From positions 88,627 to 129,809 of the IMG/VR virus record IMGVR_UViG_3300025035_000013: DNA of 41,183 nucleotides. One strand, 5' to 3'. The notes under the pieces were generated by a model. That model had not been told where the DNA came from. It was given only the letters and a program-made list of their open reading frames with translations, and searched no databases. A program made the translations under genes and the position numbers. This document shows positions 1 through 8,637 of this stretch, piece after piece. Each line of letters opens with the position of its first letter. Within the stretch, counting starts at the first letter, position 1. This DNA is from a virus.

Positions 1-119
1 TTAGAACCAGCAGCGATTGTGGTGACAGTGCGCTTTGCACGACGTTTGCTGATTCTACCAGCATAGACATCAACAGTAACACGGGAATCAAAGCGGGGAG
101 TCATGTTCATTTTAACCAT
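1..119 (-). CDS. 5' part of a hypothetical early gene (runs off the window)
   Basis: ATG at 119 with a purine-rich GAGAG upstream; frame open to the window edge (MVKMNMTPRFDSRVTVDVYAGRISKRRAKRTVTT...); lies directly downstream of the promoter at 163-190. Confidence 0.55.
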   Translation of the reverse strand, partial: MVKMNMTPRFDSRVTVDVYAGRISKRRAKRTVTTIAAGS

Positions 120-162
120 AATAAAATCTCTCTTTCTTCACAAGTTATCAATCAAGGTATAC

Positions 163-190
163 ATTATACCATACATCAATTAAATGTCAA
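163..190 (-). promoter_or_regulatory. sigma70-type early promoter, copy 1
   Basis: TTGACA-16 bp-TATAAT with an extended -10 TG on the minus strand. Confidence 0.85.
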
Positions 191-207
191 ACACCTAAAT
201 GAATCAA

Positions 208-996
208 TTACTTAACAATCTTCACTCTGCATCCAAGAAGCTTTTCGATGTCAGCTATAGACAATTCCTTTACAGAATTCATCTTTGCATTGAACTCTGC
301 TTCGGTGTATCTTACATCATTCAGATACCAGTATTTGTTTCCATTAGCAAGTTCAATAGCAGGACCGTCTTCACGGTGAAGTTGACCATTCAGATACCAA
401 CTTTTGTAACCATCAGCGTATTCAGCAGCAGGACCGTCTTCACGGTGTAGTTCACCATTCAGATACCAGAATTTGTCTCCATTAGCATATTCAGCAGCAG
501 GACCGTCTTCACGGTGTAGTTCACCATTCAGATACCAGTATTTGTTTCCATTAGCAAGTTCAATAGCAGGACCGTCTTCACGGTGAAGTTGACCATTCAG
601 ATACCAACTTTTGTAACCATCAGCGTATTCAGCAGCAGGACCGTCTTCACGATGCCGGCTACCGTTCAGGTACCAGACTTTATCTCCATTAGCATATTCA
701 ACCGCAGGGCCGTCCTCACGATGAAGCAGACCATTCAGGTACCAGATTTTGGAACCATCAGCATATTCAGCAGCAGGACCGTCTTTACGGTGTAGTTCAC
801 CATTCAGATACCAGAATTTGTCTCCATTAGCATATTCAGCAGCAGGACCGTCTTCACGGTGTAGTTCACCATTCCGATACCAGAATTTGTCTCCATCAGC
901 ATATTCAACCGCCGGTCCATTTTTACGATGTAGTTTTCCGTTCAGATTCCAAAATGTGTCTCCATTAGCATGGACATTGACTTCGTATGTTTTCAT
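208..996 (-). CDS. HREDGPA-repeat (MORN/YwqK-like) protein, 9 x 23-aa repeats
   Basis: MKTYEV head, 9 copies of WYLNGxxHREDGPAxExANG, KELSIADIEKLLG..VKIVK tail; start placed at ATG 996 by paralog alignment and AAGGA RBS. Confidence 0.85.
   Translation of the reverse strand: MKTYEVNVHANGDTFWNLNGKLHRKNGPAVEYADGDKFWYRNGELHREDGPAAEYANGDKFWYLNGELHRKDGPAAEYADGSKIWYLNGLLHREDGPAVEYANGDKVWYLNGSRHREDGPAAEYADGYKSWYLNGQLHREDGPAIELANGNKYWYLNGELHREDGPAAEYANGDKFWYLNGELHREDGPAAEYADGYKSWYLNGQLHREDGPAIELANGNKYWYLNDVRYTEAEFNAKMNSVKELSIADIEKLLGCRVKIVK
318..444. repeat. 127-bp exact intragenic repeat (second copy at 525-651)
   Basis: Offset 207 = 3 x 69-bp repeat units. Confidence 0.85.
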
Positions 997-997
997 T

Positions 998-1237
998 TTA
1001 GTCCTTAACAATTTTCACGTTATACCCAAGGAGCTTTTCGATATCAGCAATAGATAATTCCTTCACAGGATGCATCTTTGCATTAAATTGTGATTCTGTG
1101 TATTCTAAACCATTCAGATACCAATAAATGTCTCCATTGGCAAATTCAATCGCCGGACCGTCTTCACGGTGATATTGCCCATTCAGGTACCAATAAATGT
1201 CGCCATTATCATGCACCTTGACTTCGTATGTTTTCAT
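998..1237 (-). CDS. HREDGPA-repeat protein, 1 repeat
   Basis: Same head and tail as its paralogs; 79 aa = 56 + 23. Confidence 0.85.
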   Translation of the reverse strand: MKTYEVKVHDNGDIYWYLNGQYHREDGPAIEFANGDIYWYLNGLEYTESQFNAKMHPVKELSIADIEKLLGYNVKIVKD

Positions 1238-1366
1238 TTTATTCCTTTACAATCTTCACTTTAAAACCAAGTAGGTTTTCGATGTCAGCAACAGACAATT
1301 CCTTTGCAGGATGCATCTTTGCATTGAACTCTGCTTCGGTGTATTCTACACCATTCAGGTACCAGT
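1215..1366. repeat. 152-bp exact direct repeat (second copy at 2334-2485)
   Basis: Covers the gene tail, stop, RBS and next start codon; identical at offset 1119. Confidence 0.85.
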
Positions 1367-1547
1367 AGTTGTATCCATTAGCAAATACAGCTGCAGGGCC
1401 GTCTTCACGATGAAGCAGACCATTCAGGTACCAGAATTTGCCTCCATTGACAAACTCAATGGCAGGGCCGTCTTCACGGTGAAGTTTACCATTCAGGTGC
1501 CAATATTTGTTTCCATTATCATGCACCTTGACTTCGTATGTTTTCAT
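1239..1547 (-). CDS. HREDGPA-repeat protein, 2 repeats
   Basis: Same head and tail; 102 aa = 56 + 2x23. Confidence 0.85.
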   Translation of the reverse strand: MKTYEVKVHDNGNKYWHLNGKLHREDGPAIEFVNGGKFWYLNGLLHREDGPAAVFANGYNYWYLNGVEYTEAEFNAKMHPAKELSVADIENLLGFKVKIVKE

Positions 1548-1548
1548 T

Positions 1549-1857
1549 TTATTCCTTTACAATCTTCACTTTAAAGCCGAGTAGTTTTTCGATGTCAGCA
1601 ACAGACAATTACTTTACAGGATACATCTTTGTCTTGAATTCTGCTTCTGTATATCTTGCACCATTCAGGTACCAGAATTTGTCTCCGGAGGCAAGTTCAA
1701 TGGCAGGGCCGTCTTCACGGTGAAGTTTTCCATTCAGATACCAATATTTGTTTCCATTAGCAGTTTCAATGGCAGGACCGTCCTCACGATGGTGTTTACC
1801 ATTCAGATACCAGAAGTTGTCGCCATTATCATGCACCTTGACTTCGTATGTTTTCAT
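1549..1857 (-). pseudogene. HREDGPA-repeat gene, 2 repeats, with a premature stop (GAA>TAA at 1609-1611) removing the C-terminal tail
   Basis: CCT GTA AAG TAA TTG here versus CCT GCA AAG GAA TTG in paralogs; tail codons continue intact to TAA at 1549. It may still make a truncated 82-aa protein. Confidence 0.75.
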
Positions 1858-1889
1858 TTTCTTCACCGTGTTGTTTAATTGAGGAATAC

Positions 1890-1917
1890 ATTATACCACA
1901 CATCAATTAAATGTCAA
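1890..1917 (-). promoter_or_regulatory. sigma70-type early promoter, copy 2
   Basis: TTGACA TTTAATTGATGTGTGG TATAAT. Confidence 0.85.
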
Positions 1918-1975
1918 ATGCCGAAATAAATCAATTACTTATCTAAATCCTGTTCGAGATAGTTGAAAACGCCAC

Positions 1976-2356
1976 CTATGCTGCTTTTTTTGCATTGAAT
2001 TTTGCTTCTGTGTATTCTCTATCGTACAGATACCAGTATTTGTTTCCATTAGCATATTCAATAGCAGGACTGTCTTCACGGTGAAGTTGACCATTCAGAT
2101 ACCAGAATTTGTCTCCATTAGCATGTTCAGCAGCAGGGCCGTCTTCACGGTGGTGTTTACCATTCAGACACCAGAGTTTGTCTCCATTGGCGAATTCAAT
2201 GGCAGGGCCTGCTTCACGGTGAAGTTTACCATTCAGATACCAGAATTTGTTTCCATTAGCATATTCAACAGCAGGACCGTCTTCACGATGCAGTTTGCCG
2301 TTCAGGCACCAGAATTTGTCTCCAGTAGCGTGAACCTTGACTTCGTATGTTTTCAT
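1976..2356 (-). CDS. HREDGPA-repeat protein, 4 repeats, lacking the C-terminal tail
   Basis: MKTYEV head, 4 repeats, ends YTEAKFNAKKAA*. Confidence 0.8.
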   Translation of the reverse strand: MKTYEVKVHATGDKFWCLNGKLHREDGPAVEYANGNKFWYLNGKLHREAGPAIEFANGDKLWCLNGKHHREDGPAAEHANGDKFWYLNGQLHREDSPAIEYANGNKYWYLYDREYTEAKFNAKKAA

Positions 2357-2357
2357 T

Positions 2358-2804
2358 TTATTCCTTTACAATCTTCACTTTAAAACCAAGTAGGTTTTCG
2401 ATGTCAGCAACAGACAATTCCTTTGCAGGATGCATCTTTGCATTGAACTCTGCTTCGGTGTATTCTACACCATTCAGGTACCAGTGTTTTGCGCCGGTAG
2501 CATATTCAATCGCAGGGCCGTTTTTACGGTGTAGTTCACCATTCAGATACCAGAATTTGTCTCCATTAGCATGTTCAGCAGCAGGGCCGTCTTCCCGATG
2601 ATAATCATTGTGAATATACCAGAATTTAGTGCCATCAGCATATTCAATCGCAGGACCGTCTTCCCGATGACAATCATTGTGAATATACCAGAATTTAGTG
2701 CCATTAGCATATTCAATCGCCGGACCGTCTTCACGGTGATATTGCCCATTCAGGTACCAATATTTGTCGCCATTTTTATGAACCTCGACTTCGTATGTTT
2801 TCAT
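2358..2804 (-). CDS. HREDGPA-repeat protein, 4 repeats
   Basis: Same head and tail; 148 aa = 56 + 4x23 from ATG 2804. Confidence 0.85.
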   Translation of the reverse strand: MKTYEVEVHKNGDKYWYLNGQYHREDGPAIEYANGTKFWYIHNDCHREDGPAIEYADGTKFWYIHNDYHREDGPAAEHANGDKFWYLNGELHRKNGPAIEYATGAKHWYLNGVEYTEAEFNAKMHPAKELSVADIENLLGFKVKIVKE

Positions 2805-2836
2805 TTTCTTCACCGTGTTGTTTAATTGAGGAATAC

Positions 2837-2864
2837 ATTATACCACACATCAATTAAATGTCAA
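2837..2864 (-). promoter_or_regulatory. sigma70-type early promoter, copy 3
   Basis: Identical to copy 2; part of the 102-bp repeat 1840-1941 / 2787-2888. Confidence 0.85.
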
Positions 2865-2877
2865 ATGCAGAAATAAA

Positions 2878-4845
2878 TCAATCACTTACAACCTCGGTGA
2901 AGTTATTATGTAATCTAAATTCAATGACATTGTCTGCTTTATCCATTAAAATATCTGTTTTATGACTAATAATGAACACATTATCGCAAGATATGTTTTT
3001 TAGTGCTGATAGAAATAAATCAGACCCTTCTTTATCCAACATCGAATCAAATTCATCGAAGAATGCAACATTAGTATGTAATGCATTCTTTGCTCTAGCA
3101 ATTTCAATCCAAGTCAATAATATCGATATGTCAATTCGTCTCTTCTGTCCTTCTGAAAAATTTTCATAAGTAAATGAATCTCTGTATCTGGATTTAAATG
3201 TTTCATTGAATGTATCATCTAAACTCATTGACAAAAATAACTCAAAATCATCTAAATATTTATTAATTAATTTGTTTATAGTTGGAATATATTGCTTAAT
3301 TATTTTAGATTTTATACCAGAGTCAGATAAAATTTGTTGTATAAGTTCCTGATATTGTCGTGTTTCTAATGTTTTTTTCTTTTTTGATTCAGTTTTTACA
3401 TATTCAATTGATATTTCTTTTAATTTATCCTCTTCAGTTGTTATGCTATTATTGTCATTCTGATTATATTCGAGTTGTTCATTTGAATATTTTATCGCTT
3501 TGTTATTAGCGAATAACTCATTTTGAATATCAGATATTGCATCAGAATATAATTGATATTGATTGATATATTCATTGTACGTGCCCATTAGAGCAAATAC
3601 TTCTTTCTCCTTTTGTTCAAGTTCGATTATCTCGTTTAATATAATATTAGTTTCTTTTGTATATTCAGATATAACGTCTTCTTTGTGTTTTTCCGGTAAA
3701 CTTTGAGAACAAGTAGGGCACACTGACATGTTTTCATAATTTTTACTTTGTTCTTTTGATTTATTCAATCTACTTTGAAGCTGTTTATTTGCGAGTCTCA
3801 TGTCACTCAGAGCATCATCTAATTTAGTATGTTCTTGTAATTTTGTATCACATATTGCAACTTTCGATTTCAGTTCTTCTAATTTTGCTTTTAATGTAAT
3901 ATTTTGTGTTTTAAACAGTTCGATTGACTTGATGATTTTATCAGAAGATTCTTTTTTATCTTTTTTCAATTTCGTAACAAATGAATGTTGGAGTGCAACT
4001 TTATCTTTTATAGATTTGAGCATAAAATCATACTCTTTCAATCTATCTTTTATATTTTTTGTGTCCTCTTTTATAATTGAATTCATTATTGAGAATACTC
4101 TAATATCCAATAAATCCTCGATAAATTCTCTCCGATCTTTGGCTGATAATCTCATGAATGGTGTATAATCTGCACCGCCACCAACAGCCACTACTTGAGT
4201 GAATGCGCGATAATTGAACTTCAGAATATGCTGTTCTAATACCTTCTGATAATCTTTGATACTCGGGTCTTGATTGATTAATTTATTATTTTCATAAATT
4301 TCGAAAACATTTGGCTTCATTCCTCTACGAATCTTATATTCTTTTTTGCCGATACTGAACTCAAGTTCGACCATAAGTTTCTTTTGATTGATGCTATTGA
4401 CTAAAGCTGGTTTATTGATTGCCCCATAACCTCTACCAAATAAACCAAAGCAAATAGCAGACAACAAAGATGTATTATGAGATAGAAAATTACCTGTATA
4501 ATATCTATGGTCACTAGAATCTACTTCAATATCGAACATATTGGAAGATTTGCCGTTCTCCGAAATTGAATCGACTAATGAAGGTCCAGACCTCAGCATC
4601 ACATATGTATAACCAGGTTTAACATCCTTAGCAAAAATTTCTTGCATATTCTCGTCAAATAAAATATGAGTGTCTGCGCATTCTATAATACTTCCATCTA
4701 TTGTTGTTATTTTGTATTCAGCATATTCAATAGTTTTATGTACAGCTAAAATTGGGCACCATCCACGGTCAGTGTCAATATCCCAATCTGTGACTACGAC
4801 TGAATCTACGAACTTACGTTCTACATTGTCAGAAATTTTAAGCAT
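2878..4845 (-). CDS. gp46: C-intein (aa 1-124) fused to the C-terminal part of gp46 recombination endonuclease ATPase subunit (Rad50/SbcC)
   Basis: ...YYTGNFLSHN|TSLLSAICFGLFGR; coiled coil with CPTC zinc hook, signature FSEGQ, Walker B FFDE, H-loop ISH. Confidence 0.92.
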   Translation of the reverse strand: MLKISDNVERKFVDSVVVTDWDIDTDRGWCPILAVHKTIEYAEYKITTIDGSIIECADTHILFDENMQEIFAKDVKPGYTYVMLRSGPSLVDSISENGKSSNMFDIEVDSSDHRYYTGNFLSHNTSLLSAICFGLFGRGYGAINKPALVNSINQKKLMVELEFSIGKKEYKIRRGMKPNVFEIYENNKLINQDPSIKDYQKVLEQHILKFNYRAFTQVVAVGGGADYTPFMRLSAKDRREFIEDLLDIRVFSIMNSIIKEDTKNIKDRLKEYDFMLKSIKDKVALQHSFVTKLKKDKKESSDKIIKSIELFKTQNITLKAKLEELKSKVAICDTKLQEHTKLDDALSDMRLANKQLQSRLNKSKEQSKNYENMSVCPTCSQSLPEKHKEDVISEYTKETNIILNEIIELEQKEKEVFALMGTYNEYINQYQLYSDAISDIQNELFANNKAIKYSNEQLEYNQNDNNSITTEEDKLKEISIEYVKTESKKKKTLETRQYQELIQQILSDSGIKSKIIKQYIPTINKLINKYLDDFELFLSMSLDDTFNETFKSRYRDSFTYENFSEGQKRRIDISILLTWIEIARAKNALHTNVAFFDEFDSMLDKEGSDLFLSALKNISCDNVFIISHKTDILMDKADNVIEFRLHNNFTEVVSD

Positions 4846-4954
4846 TTAACAAAGTACCTTGTTTCTCTTGCGCATATAAATCTCCTATTGTAATTTCTTT
4901 AATTTCACCGGTTTTTCTGTTTTTTATTCTTACAATAGTAGTTGATGAAACGCA
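4474..4954 (-). mobile_element. naturally split intein, atypical split site (IntN 4841-4954, IntC 4474-4845)
   Basis: Cys1 directly after the Walker A Lys; block-B-like CADTH; block F MFDIEV..H.YY; block G SHN|T; no endonuclease domain. Confidence 0.88.
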
Positions 4955-5077
4955 TTTCCCAGCACCGTTTGTTCCACTAATGAGGGTTGTTTTGTCTTTA
5001 TTTAGATTGATTTTGACTGGGGTGTTACCTATAGAACGAAAATTTGAATATTCAATATTTTTAAAAATTACCTTCAT
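4838..5077 (-). CDS. gp46: N-terminal 41 aa of gp46 (to Walker A GTNGAGK) fused to a 38-aa N-intein
   Basis: MKVIFKNIEYSNFRSIGN...GTNGAGK|CVSSTTIVRI...ITIGDLY; follows gp47. Confidence 0.92.
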   Translation of the reverse strand: MKVIFKNIEYSNFRSIGNTPVKINLNKDKTTLISGTNGAGKCVSSTTIVRIKNRKTGEIKEITIGDLYAQEKQGTLLNA

Positions 5078-6132
5078 TCAACAGTCTCCAATGCTCTCAA
5101 ATAAAGTCCCTGCATCATGTCCTTTAATTTATCTCTATTCATATCAGTATCCAATTGTTTAATAAAATTATCAATTAAAGTCTTTGTATCTTCTAATTCT
5201 AATTCATCATCAATATCAACATCAGAAAAATCGACATCAATATCAGTTATTTTCAAATCTGCTGGAGATTGAATATTTATATTATTAATGTATTTTTCAA
5301 ATTTATATGGGTCAGTTTTATTAATTACGACTATCTTGACATATGTGCCTTTTAAATTCTTTGGTACTTTTGGTTCATTGTTTTTGTCATTATATTCGAA
5401 TCTATTGAATAATGTATTTTTTGTTTTGATAAATTTAACATCATGCTTCATTGGGTCAAATACATGAAATCCTTTTTGGTCTCCATAATCCGCCCAGGTC
5501 ATTTCATAAGGAACTCCAGTATATAATATATTATGTTTCTTGCTCCTAGTGTGATAATGACCAGATAATACTAAATCAAATTTATTAAACTCCTTTGTAT
5601 CTGTGCCGCCGCGCGCTGATATGCCCTTTTGCATATTAAATCCATTAAATTCAAAATGCCCCGCACAATATATAGCAGAAGTAGATGAAACTAAAGATTT
5701 ACTCTCCTCTTCATTTTCAATGCATATCCAAGGTACAATCAAAAAAGTATTGCCGCCTAATATCACTTCGGTTGTAGTATCAATTATTTTTACATTGTCA
5801 TAATCGGAAAGAAACAGACTCGGCGAATTTACTAGAAGAGAATTCCTTGTAGCGGTATCATGATTTCCTATCAATGTTATAAAAGAATACCCCTTAGCTT
5901 GCATTAAATCAAACACTCTTGTTTTCCATTGATGTAATATTATATGATTTGAAAATTTCCTCGAATCAAACATATCGCCCAATTGTAATATATGAGTGAT
6001 ATTATGTTTTTCCATATATGGAAAAAGTTCATTTTCAAAGAACTTAATTTGATATTCACACAATATCATCGATGCATTTCTAGCTCCTATGTGTATATCG
6101 CCCAAGATGATAAAAGGGTTATTCGAACTCAT
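5074..6132 (-). CDS. gp47: gp47 recombination endonuclease, nuclease subunit (Mre11/SbcD)
   Basis: Metallophosphoesterase motifs GDIH, GDMFD, GNHD, GHF, SGHYH; adjacent to gp46. Confidence 0.93.
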   Translation of the reverse strand: MSSNNPFIILGDIHIGARNASMILCEYQIKFFENELFPYMEKHNITHILQLGDMFDSRKFSNHIILHQWKTRVFDLMQAKGYSFITLIGNHDTATRNSLLVNSPSLFLSDYDNVKIIDTTTEVILGGNTFLIVPWICIENEEESKSLVSSTSAIYCAGHFEFNGFNMQKGISARGGTDTKEFNKFDLVLSGHYHTRSKKHNILYTGVPYEMTWADYGDQKGFHVFDPMKHDVKFIKTKNTLFNRFEYNDKNNEPKVPKNLKGTYVKIVVINKTDPYKFEKYINNINIQSPADLKITDIDVDFSDVDIDDELELEDTKTLIDNFIKQLDTDMNRDKLKDMMQGLYLRALETVE

Positions 6133-6700
6133 CTAATGGTCCTTTTACACCAAGCAATCTAGATTTTTTGCCCCGTTTAATGCTCATTGGTACAGAGTCC
6201 TCGGAATATCCAATTTCTCTAAGGAAGTCAATATATTGATTCGTATATTCATTATCATTATCGCCTAATTGATTATCAATGAAGTCACTATCAGGAGATT
6301 GTGCTACTAATTTGGTTTTGATATACCTCTGTGTCTTTTCTTTATCGATTCTTCTGAGGAATGCTCGAAAGCAAATGGTAGTAATATAACTGAATGGATT
6401 CCCCTGTTCGATTCTTCCCTTCGTTTTAGAGAAATAAGTTTCTTTGAATTTGGATGCGAATCTAATGCAATCATATAGTGCGTCACTAATCATGTCTTCT
6501 TTGAATGTATAATTAATGAATTTGTAACTATAAGTCAATCTTTTTGCAATTTTCATCATTGCATCAACAATGAAAGGAGGTATCTGCGGTCTCTCTTTAC
6601 CCGCAGATTCTGCTTCTTTTATCTTTATGTACCATTGCACATATTCTTCGTACAATTTTTTGTTGGATACGTAAAATGTTTTTTCGTTTGTATCATTCAA
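6119..6700 (-). CDS. gp55: gp55 late-transcription sigma factor
   Basis: YVSNKKLY, KIAKRL..KFINYTFKEDMISDA, NPFSYITTICFRAFLRRI.KEK; synteny. Confidence 0.92.
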   Translation of the reverse strand: MNDTNEKTFYVSNKKLYEEYVQWYIKIKEAESAGKERPQIPPFIVDAMMKIAKRLTYSYKFINYTFKEDMISDALYDCIRFASKFKETYFSKTKGRIEQGNPFSYITTICFRAFLRRIDKEKTQRYIKTKLVAQSPDSDFIDNQLGDNDNEYTNQYIDFLREIGYSEDSVPMSIKRGKKSRLLGVKGPLDEFE

Positions 6701-7128
6701 TGTAATAATCCTGTTGTAAGTGAATCAGCTTCTTCCTCATCAATCATACCATAATGAGCAAGGATTTCAACTTCTTTCAATTTAATCTTCTCGATGAATT
6801 TGTCATCAGTATCCTTGCCCCCGACTGCAGTCATCTGTTGTGATTCATGTTGAATGTAAGCTCTAAAAAGAGCAGAACCGTACAATTTTCGGTAAAAATG
6901 ACTAGCCTCGCATAATGTTATAACAGAATCAAATCTCACAAAAATCACATCATCAAACATTCCCGGCATGTACTGAATCGCAATAGTAGTCTCTCCTTCT
7001 TGAGTTTGCACTCTGACCAAAACTAAAGGGTTCAAAAAGGCATATCGACTATGTTCTTTGTCAACAAACAATTCAGTAAGTAATGTTTCACCTGTTATTA
7101 GTTTGACTATCATCAACGTCATACTCAT
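6697..7128 (-). CDS. conserved T4-like hypothetical protein between uvsW and gp55
   Basis: Translationally coupled ORF; IVKLITGETLL N-terminus as recalled for this syntenic position. Confidence 0.7.
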   Translation of the reverse strand: MSMTLMIVKLITGETLLTELFVDKEHSRYAFLNPLVLVRVQTQEGETTIAIQYMPGMFDDVIFVRFDSVITLCEASHFYRKLYGSALFRAYIQHESQQMTAVGGKDTDDKFIEKIKLKEVEILAHYGMIDEEEADSLTTGLLH

Positions 7129-8636
7129 TCTATGTTTGCCTCTATTATTTTATATGGATGTTTTTCTTCGTTGTATATCCTCAATCGTTCCAAAAAATGC
7201 CGCATAGTGATATTTGGTTTATGTTTAGAAGGAACAATATTATCGGCAATATCATACAATTTTAAATACTCTTTATCCGAGGATTTTCTAAGTCCTCTAC
7301 CAATAGATTGCATTACTCGTATGACTGATTTTGTTGGAGTGGCGAATATGATGTTATGAATACGGGGGAGATTGACTCCGGTGCTGAAAGTTCCTACGGA
7401 TGCTACGATGATGTTACTTTCAGTGGAAGCTTGTACCAATAATCGTATTTCTTCTCTGTCATCTGCTTCAACCTTGCCAGATACAAAGTGCACCTTCTGC
7501 GTTGTTGCAAGATTTTTGATTTCTTCATATAATGGCTTTCCATGTTTTTCTACATAGTTAAAAAGTACAAGAGAATTTCCCGTTTGTTTAAGTGCTAATT
7601 TGCTTATGAAAGTATTTCTATTTTTGTGCTGACAAAGAAACTCAAGCTCTGTCTGATAATCAGCTGATTTAATTAATGCCTTTGATTCTTTATTGTATCG
7701 TAATATTACGCAGGTTATCTTTATATCAGATAAATGCCCTTCATCTATTAATTCACGTGTTGTTTTTGCCTTAGATATTTCTCCAATCATGCCCTTAATT
7801 ACTAATTTATTGACAGCAGATTTATCTAAAGACCCTGTCATGCCAAATCTATATTTTACATTTGTTGCTTTCTCGAATATACCCTTGATAGCATCAGATT
7901 TACACTGATGGCACTCATCCATTAATATAACATCAATACTATTAAACCACTTGCTTGGCATTTTATAAAGTGACTGCCACGTAGATATTATAATACTTTT
8001 ACTTATATTCTTATCTGTCTCACCTGTGATAATCTGCGAATTTGCTTCAAAGTCGAATCCATTGCTGTATTCTTTAAAATCTGAATATATCTGTTTTACG
8101 AGACCAAGTGTAGGTACAACAATCAAGAAATGCTTCATGCCATGTTCCATATACCATCTATATAAACAATAAGCTATTACTGATTTTCCACCACCAGTCG
8201 GAGTAATAGATACTTGTCGTTGGTTATGGATGCAGTTATAAATTGCTTGCACCTGATAATCTCTAACGTCAATTCGTGTGTCTAACCCATTGATTGTAGT
8301 ATGAATATTTAGGTCAAATATCCACTTTTTTAGGGTTTCTATATCTACCATTGTTTTTTCATTTGGAACACCAAAGTTATTGGTGTTAAATGAAACCGAA
8401 TACCCCAGTTTGCTAGAGTACTCAACAAGTTCAGGGGTAAGTCCTGCTGGCAATGTGCCAAATCTCATATCAAGAAGTCTTATTTTACCATCCCATACAC
8501 CAGCACGATAACGAGGCATATGTTTGTAGCCTTCGACATAAAAAGTAAAGAAATCAGAAAGTTCTTGAAGTATTCCCAAATCACAATCTATGTTGATGAA
8601 GGTTTCATTTTTCTTGGATATGATTACGTCGGCCAT
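7125..8636 (-). CDS. uvsW: UvsW SF2 DNA helicase
   Basis: RDYQ, TPTGGGKS, DECH, GMTGS, QSIGRGLR; start placed at MADVII. Confidence 0.95.
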   Translation of the reverse strand: MADVIISKKNETFINIDCDLGILQELSDFFTFYVEGYKHMPRYRAGVWDGKIRLLDMRFGTLPAGLTPELVEYSSKLGYSVSFNTNNFGVPNEKTMVDIETLKKWIFDLNIHTTINGLDTRIDVRDYQVQAIYNCIHNQRQVSITPTGGGKSVIAYCLYRWYMEHGMKHFLIVVPTLGLVKQIYSDFKEYSNGFDFEANSQIITGETDKNISKSIIISTWQSLYKMPSKWFNSIDVILMDECHQCKSDAIKGIFEKATNVKYRFGMTGSLDKSAVNKLVIKGMIGEISKAKTTRELIDEGHLSDIKITCVILRYNKESKALIKSADYQTELEFLCQHKNRNTFISKLALKQTGNSLVLFNYVEKHGKPLYEEIKNLATTQKVHFVSGKVEADDREEIRLLVQASTESNIIVASVGTFSTGVNLPRIHNIIFATPTKSVIRVMQSIGRGLRKSSDKEYLKLYDIADNIVPSKHKPNITMRHFLERLRIYNEEKHPYKIIEANIE

Positions 8637-8637
8637 G

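Noticed and set aside
208-2804. CRISPR array or diversity-generating retroelement explanation for the 69-bp repeats
   Set aside because: The repeats are in-frame coding units without unique spacers. No reverse transcriptase or non-coding template repeat is visible, and differences are not confined to adenines
199-2825. Plus-strand and alternative-frame ORFs over the repeat array
   Set aside because: Shadow ORFs produced by the periodic repeat; no RBS or promoter support
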